Origin: Eledone cirrhosa
Taxonomy: Eukaryota
Direction: 5' to 3'
NCBI GenBank assembly: GCA_964016885.1
Contig: OZ024742.1
Coordinates: 231,942,001-232,006,000, forward strand
DNA length: 64,000 bases
Below the pieces are notes generated by a model, which saw only the letters and a list, made by a program, of their open reading frames with translations, made no database searches and was not told the DNA's origin. Position 1 is the first letter of the stretch. Each line of letters begins with the position of its first letter. Position numbers and translations under genes: made by a program. Positions 59,260-64,000 of this stretch are shown here, piece by piece.

Positions 59260-59309
<50 letters not shown>

Positions 59310-60802
59310 ATTTAAGTTAGGTTGTTTACTGGTGGTTCGGGTTGGTAAATGATGATGCAATAAATGAATTAAACCACTCAACGTTATGAAAATCAGATAT
59401 GTGGTATCCCCTGGCTGGTGCAGGAATGGAGTGAAATCTTCCAGTCCGGCCTCCTGTTGTTGTTTATTAAAACAACAACAGGAGGCCGGACTGGAAAATT
59501 TACTTTAGAATTTTAATTCCGTGAAAGTATTACACAGATTTCGATTGTCCAACCATATCATCCGATTATGATGCAAGACTAGACGATTTCATCGGGTGTT
59601 ATTTGCAGAATTATATAATAGGATTACGTTGAACCCAAACAGAATAGAAAGTAGAAAAATAGAAAATGGAGTGCTTTAATTAATTTATTGCATCATCGTT
59701 TACCAACCCGAACCATCATTTCTACCCATAAGTAAATTACCTGACATAAATGGAATACAGCTCCTATTTCTGTCTAGCGCTTTGTGATGTAATGAAGACC
59801 ATAGGCCACAACCACTCTATAAGCTCTACCACGGAAGAACTGCTAGAATTGTGTCTTCCTCGTAACATAGATCCAATCGTACACGGCTACCTACTCCCAC
59901 ACAGACCAGAGTGTGATTAGACGTACTCTCTGGATCACTGATTATGCGATTCTATTTCATCTTTTCACTTTAAATTTTTGTATTGAACTTTGTAGTCTAG
60001 TGTCTTATCTACACCAATGTGTGTTAAACCATTGACAGGCAACGTGTGGTCTTCTGTATAACGCACTGTTCAAACTAACTGTGGTTCTAGACCTCAATTA
60101 ATGAAATTTCCCCTCTCTTCACTTTTTGAATATACTCGGTCACTTGTAACCTATTTACTTTGGATTATGCAGTGGTATGCTGGACTGCCAAGTCGGTCGA
60201 AGATAAACCGCACCAAATTTAGTCTTCAGTGCAAACGCATATATATACGTACGAAATAGCTTTGACAACCCCTTTATCATCCAATAATATACTTTCGAGA
60301 ATCTTGGCCATTAGAATTAAAAATAACGACCTTTGTTATATTCTTCCTATTTTACTATATTAATTTATTTAACATTTTTTAGCACATAATGTTTATAAGT
60401 TTTTGTTAACGTTATAATTTTTGGCAGGCTGTACCCTATTTTTCTATCTTCTATTCTCTGCCTGGGTTCAAAGTAATCCTGTTATATAATTCTGCAAATA
60501 ACCCCTAATGAATAACTCCTCTGATTCTTAGGTTTAAACCAATGTGCTCAATCATATACACCATCTTCCTAGCAATATTACAACTCTAGTGTGTAGATTT
60601 TTTTTTTCAATTACGTATATGCCAATTAAAAAAATTTTGTCTTTGAGTATTTAACCCTACCTTATATGATTTCATAATGCATTATACTAAGAAAAACAAA
60701 AATTGCATGTCAATACATTAATATATTAAATTAATTCGTTTTCTTGCATACCATTCTATATATAACATTACATTTAAAACTTTTTTTAATTTTCTATTGC
60801 AG

Positions 60803-61029
60803 GATTTTACACTAAGCATGTTTTTATATCAGCGGTGGCAGGAAAACCGTTTAGTGTTTCGAGGACTCGTTAATACGTCCTATTTAGAACTAGATGCAAA
60901 TGCTATAGAACAAATATGGGTTCCTGACTTGTATTTCCCAAATGAAAAACGTTCAAATTTCCATGATGTTACTATGGCAAATAGGATGCTCCGAATAAAT
61001 GAAGAAGGAGATACACTTTTTACAATGAG
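60803..61029 (+). CDS. Internal exon of a Cys-loop ligand-gated ion channel, glycine/GABA-A/GluCl (anion-type) family, ligand-binding loops D-A-E
   Basis: Polypyrimidine-ttgcAG acceptor and AG|GTATGT donor; 227 nt, phase 0 to 2. DFTLSMFLYQRWQENRL...IWVPDLYFPNEK..NFHDVT..NRMLRI...G..LFTMR. Boundaries match the conserved exon of GlyR/GABA-A subunit genes. Confidence 0.93.
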
Positions 61030-61107
61030 GTATGTTTAATTTATTTTATTTTTTCTTATTTCATTTTGTCAAAGTATTTGTTGTATTGCATAGTACATTA
61101 CATTACG

Positions 61108-61486
61108 TGGGTTGGCGGTATCGGTAGAGGGTCGGACGCCATGCGTCTGAGTTCAAATCCCGCCGAGGTTAACTTTGCCTTTCATCCTTATGGGGTCGAT
61201 AAAACAAAGCACCAGTAACGTACTGGGATCGATTTAATCGACTGCCCCTCCCCCAAAATTACTGGCCTTGTGCCTATACTAGAAATCATTATATTAGATA
61301 CTTGAGTTGGCAATATCGGTAGAGGGTCGGACGCCATGCTTTGCAGCATAGAGATACAGCACTTTATGGTCTGAGTTCCAATCCCACCGAGGTTAACTTT
61401 GCCTTTCATTCTTACGGGATCGATAAAATAAAGTACCAGTAATGCACTGGATAATTGCTGGCCTTGTGCCAAAAGTAGAAACAATT
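61108..61486 (+). mobile_element. Two tandem SINE copies
   Basis: About 61108-61290 and 61306-61486 match the SINE consensus. Confidence 0.85.
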
Positions 61487-62103
61487 GTATTAAATACAGT
61501 GTGCAATACTATTTGTAACGTGTATTTTGGGGGAAATAAATACCAGAACATTTAATTTTTTTTAAAATAAATGTATAATTAATTTTGAAAATATAAATGA
61601 TTGATGGAAAATTAAAAAGACTAAAATCCAAATAAAACCGATCTGATATTCTTTTCTAGGATCAAGAACAAAACTCAGAAACATATATGCATGATGACTG
61701 CCACTTCTTTATAGAAGACGGCCATCTCTTCAGCGAATTACCTGCTATTATGAACCACCGCCAACTGCAGGCTGCTGGCCAGGTTGATGACTGAACAGGC
61801 TTTGTTTAGGTCGCCTTTTTTAGACCCTTTCCATGTGGTGATCAGTGTCTCCCGAAAAAGGGCTTCCCAGTCACACAAGACTCCGCCGAAGCATGTTGCT
61901 GTTTAGGTTAACAATGCAGCGACGTTAGAATAGGACTCGAACCGGACATGTGTAGATTTGTGACTATATGCTTCTCACAAGTCGAGTCTGCACATGTTGT
62001 TACTCCTCCACCACTGTGGGACTTGTGAAGAAATATCTGCACATACATACATACATACATACATACATACATACATACATACATACATACATACATACAT
62101 ACA

Positions 62104-62671
62104 TGGTGGCTGCCAACTCGTTTTCGAGTACGGCCACTACTTTATATCCATGTAGGAGAACCCCTACCGATGCGCTGAACGAGTGTGACGTTTTAGTCCA
62201 GCCTGCGACTTGAAAACTCTGGTACAAACACTACACTTGTGACAATTATTGACACATAGTGCTGGGCCTATGGTACCATGTGACGACAAGTGCAGAGAGA
62301 TCTCCAGATATAAAGCAATGCCTGTGCCGTGAAGCTTTTATAGTGAGCAAAGGCACTGCACAAAGCCAGTCCCACTCTCTTAACCAAGATGATATTTACC
62401 AAAAAGAATAACAAGTCAACATCATTGGATACCATCAGGGTTGCAGGTGTTATATCAGAGTTTTCCTTCTCCTAGAATTCTGCCTTGACAAAGGCTAAGG
62501 GGTCATCTCTCCCGGTGATTTTGGATGGCCATTGACTCTTAAGAGCTCCTTTGCCCTTTGACAGGTTTTGTTTTTAGTCCTGCAGGATGTCCAAAGTCAC
62601 CCTCCTCACCAAGAAACTTTGGTGTTGTTGCCAGTTTAGTCGCCAACGACCCGACCATGAGACAGGTTGTA
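62104..62671 (-). mobile_element. RTE-derived non-autonomous element flanked by (ACAT)n
   Basis: Near-identical to 17732-18300; (ACAT)n at about 62041-62103 and 62671-62718. Confidence 0.78.
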
Positions 62672-63129
62672 CATACATACATACATACATACATACATAC
62701 ATACATACATACATACATAAATGTGAAAACGCATCACTAGAACAGCCGTTAAAACAGCAAAATGTAACGATGGGCAAAAATGCCTCAGAGGACAGAGACC
62801 AATGGTCAACAGAGAGACAATCCACAAGGTGGGTGACAGGCAGATGAAATATAGAAAATATTGAAAGAGAAGGAAGACAAAGAAAAATGTGTTGGCGCAC
62901 AGAAGTGACTGGAAGAAGGAAATGAAGGAAGGCGATATACAAGACAAATTTATACACAATCTTCACCCTTTGTCTTATACATTGCCTTCCTGTAGTAGTG
63001 CATTCCCTGACAGGGCATTTCCGAATGTAGCAAATGTCCTTTACGATGCTCTGTGTGAGGTGTTGCCTCAATGTCCTTTCACACCATGTTACTCGCACTG
63101 AGAAGCCTTATCTTCTGATGCAGTTTCTG

Positions 63130-64000
63130 TCTATTCTCCTCGGTATGGCAGATCAATGTAGATCCAAGTTTTATTTATCTTCTCTCGTTTCTTTGTCTCC
63201 TTTTCTTCTTGTTGGAGTCGTGTCTTTCGTCTGCGAATAGTTGCTATTAAGACTAATGGTGGTGGTTGGTGTCGTGTGGGATGTGTATCTGTTTGTTTGT
63301 GTTCTCTTATATTTTTGACAACGTTTCTTACAAAGTGTTGCTCATAGCCTTTTTTTAACAACAATTTCCGAAAGTTGCTTAGCATGGGTCTTTCTTGGAT
63401 TGCCTCGTCGCATCTCTCCGTGTGGTGTATAAGTTCGTTCCTGGCCACTTGGTATTTTAGGCTTTGTGGATATGTAGAGTCTGACTAGAGGAAAACATCT
63501 CTTTTGGCTTCTTTTTCATAGAAGCTGATGGTCGCCTTCCCTGAAGCTAAGGATAGGGTAAAGTCGAGCAGAAGGTTTTCTATTCTGCTTGTGGTGGTGC
63601 TGTGTGTATATACTGCTATGTAAGAGGTACGTTAGGATAGTTTCTTGGTATGTGGTGTTGTCTACTACACAGAACTCTCCTTTATCTGATGGTAGGTAGA
63701 CTAGGTTGTTGTTCTTCGGTGATCTGAGAACTGTCCTTTCTCTGTCTGTCAGGTTGCATGGCGATTGTTGTATGAGTGCTCTTTTCATATTTAGGGTTTT
63801 CTGACATAGTCTATCGGCTCTATTTTTGTATGGATCATCCGTTTCCGGTGGTTAGCCGAACTTTTCTTCGTAGGGGTAAGATTGAGTTTTTTTTGTTGTG
63901 GCCTTGTTCTGTTTTGTCGCCTCCGTTGGGTTGGTGTGTCCATAGAAGCGCATAGGCCATTCTAGAGGTGGGGGTAGTGGTTTTGTGTTCTGGGAGCTTG
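63130..64000 (-). pseudogene. Internally deleted Penelope-type remnant
   Basis: CNLT..E..L, YLPSDKG.FCVVD, C-terminal LLKKGY and DLPY motifs; the RT core is missing. Confidence 0.6.

Noticed and set aside
60797-61039. Stand-alone 80-aa ORF, or a cephalopod chemotactile (nAChR-derived) receptor
   Set aside because: Splice signals define an internal exon, and the motifs (PDLYFPNEK, FHDVT, N..LRI) are anion-channel family rather than nicotinic.
61660-61715. Candidate next exon after ttttctag
   Set aside because: The phase-2 continuation gives no Cys-loop signature and hits a stop within about 18 codons.

Overview
AT-rich, microsatellite-dense animal DNA, most likely an octopod cephalopod judging by its SINE families (inference). 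The only host gene sequence I can support is one 227-nt internal exon (60803-61029, +) of a glycine/GABA-receptor-like Cys-loop channel. The rest is probably large intron(s) filled with mobile elements. These include several Penelope-like elements (PLEs; one with an almost intact Naiad-type RT+GIY-YIG ORF), an R4/Dong-type RLE retrotransposon, CR1-like and RTE LINE remnants, many SINEs, a complete Charlie-type hAT, TA-target MITEs and Helitrons. One Helitron carries a USP/C19 deubiquitinase-like domain behind its PIF1 helicase. The most striking hidden layer is RNA structure: about 19 type I hammerhead-ribozyme motifs from roughly 10 unrelated families. They occur in PLE terminal repeats, in short fold-back inserts embedded in (TA)n, and in a near-identical 469-bp tandem array that looks like a retrozyme. 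All coordinates were read by eye, so repeat boundaries may be off by a few bases.
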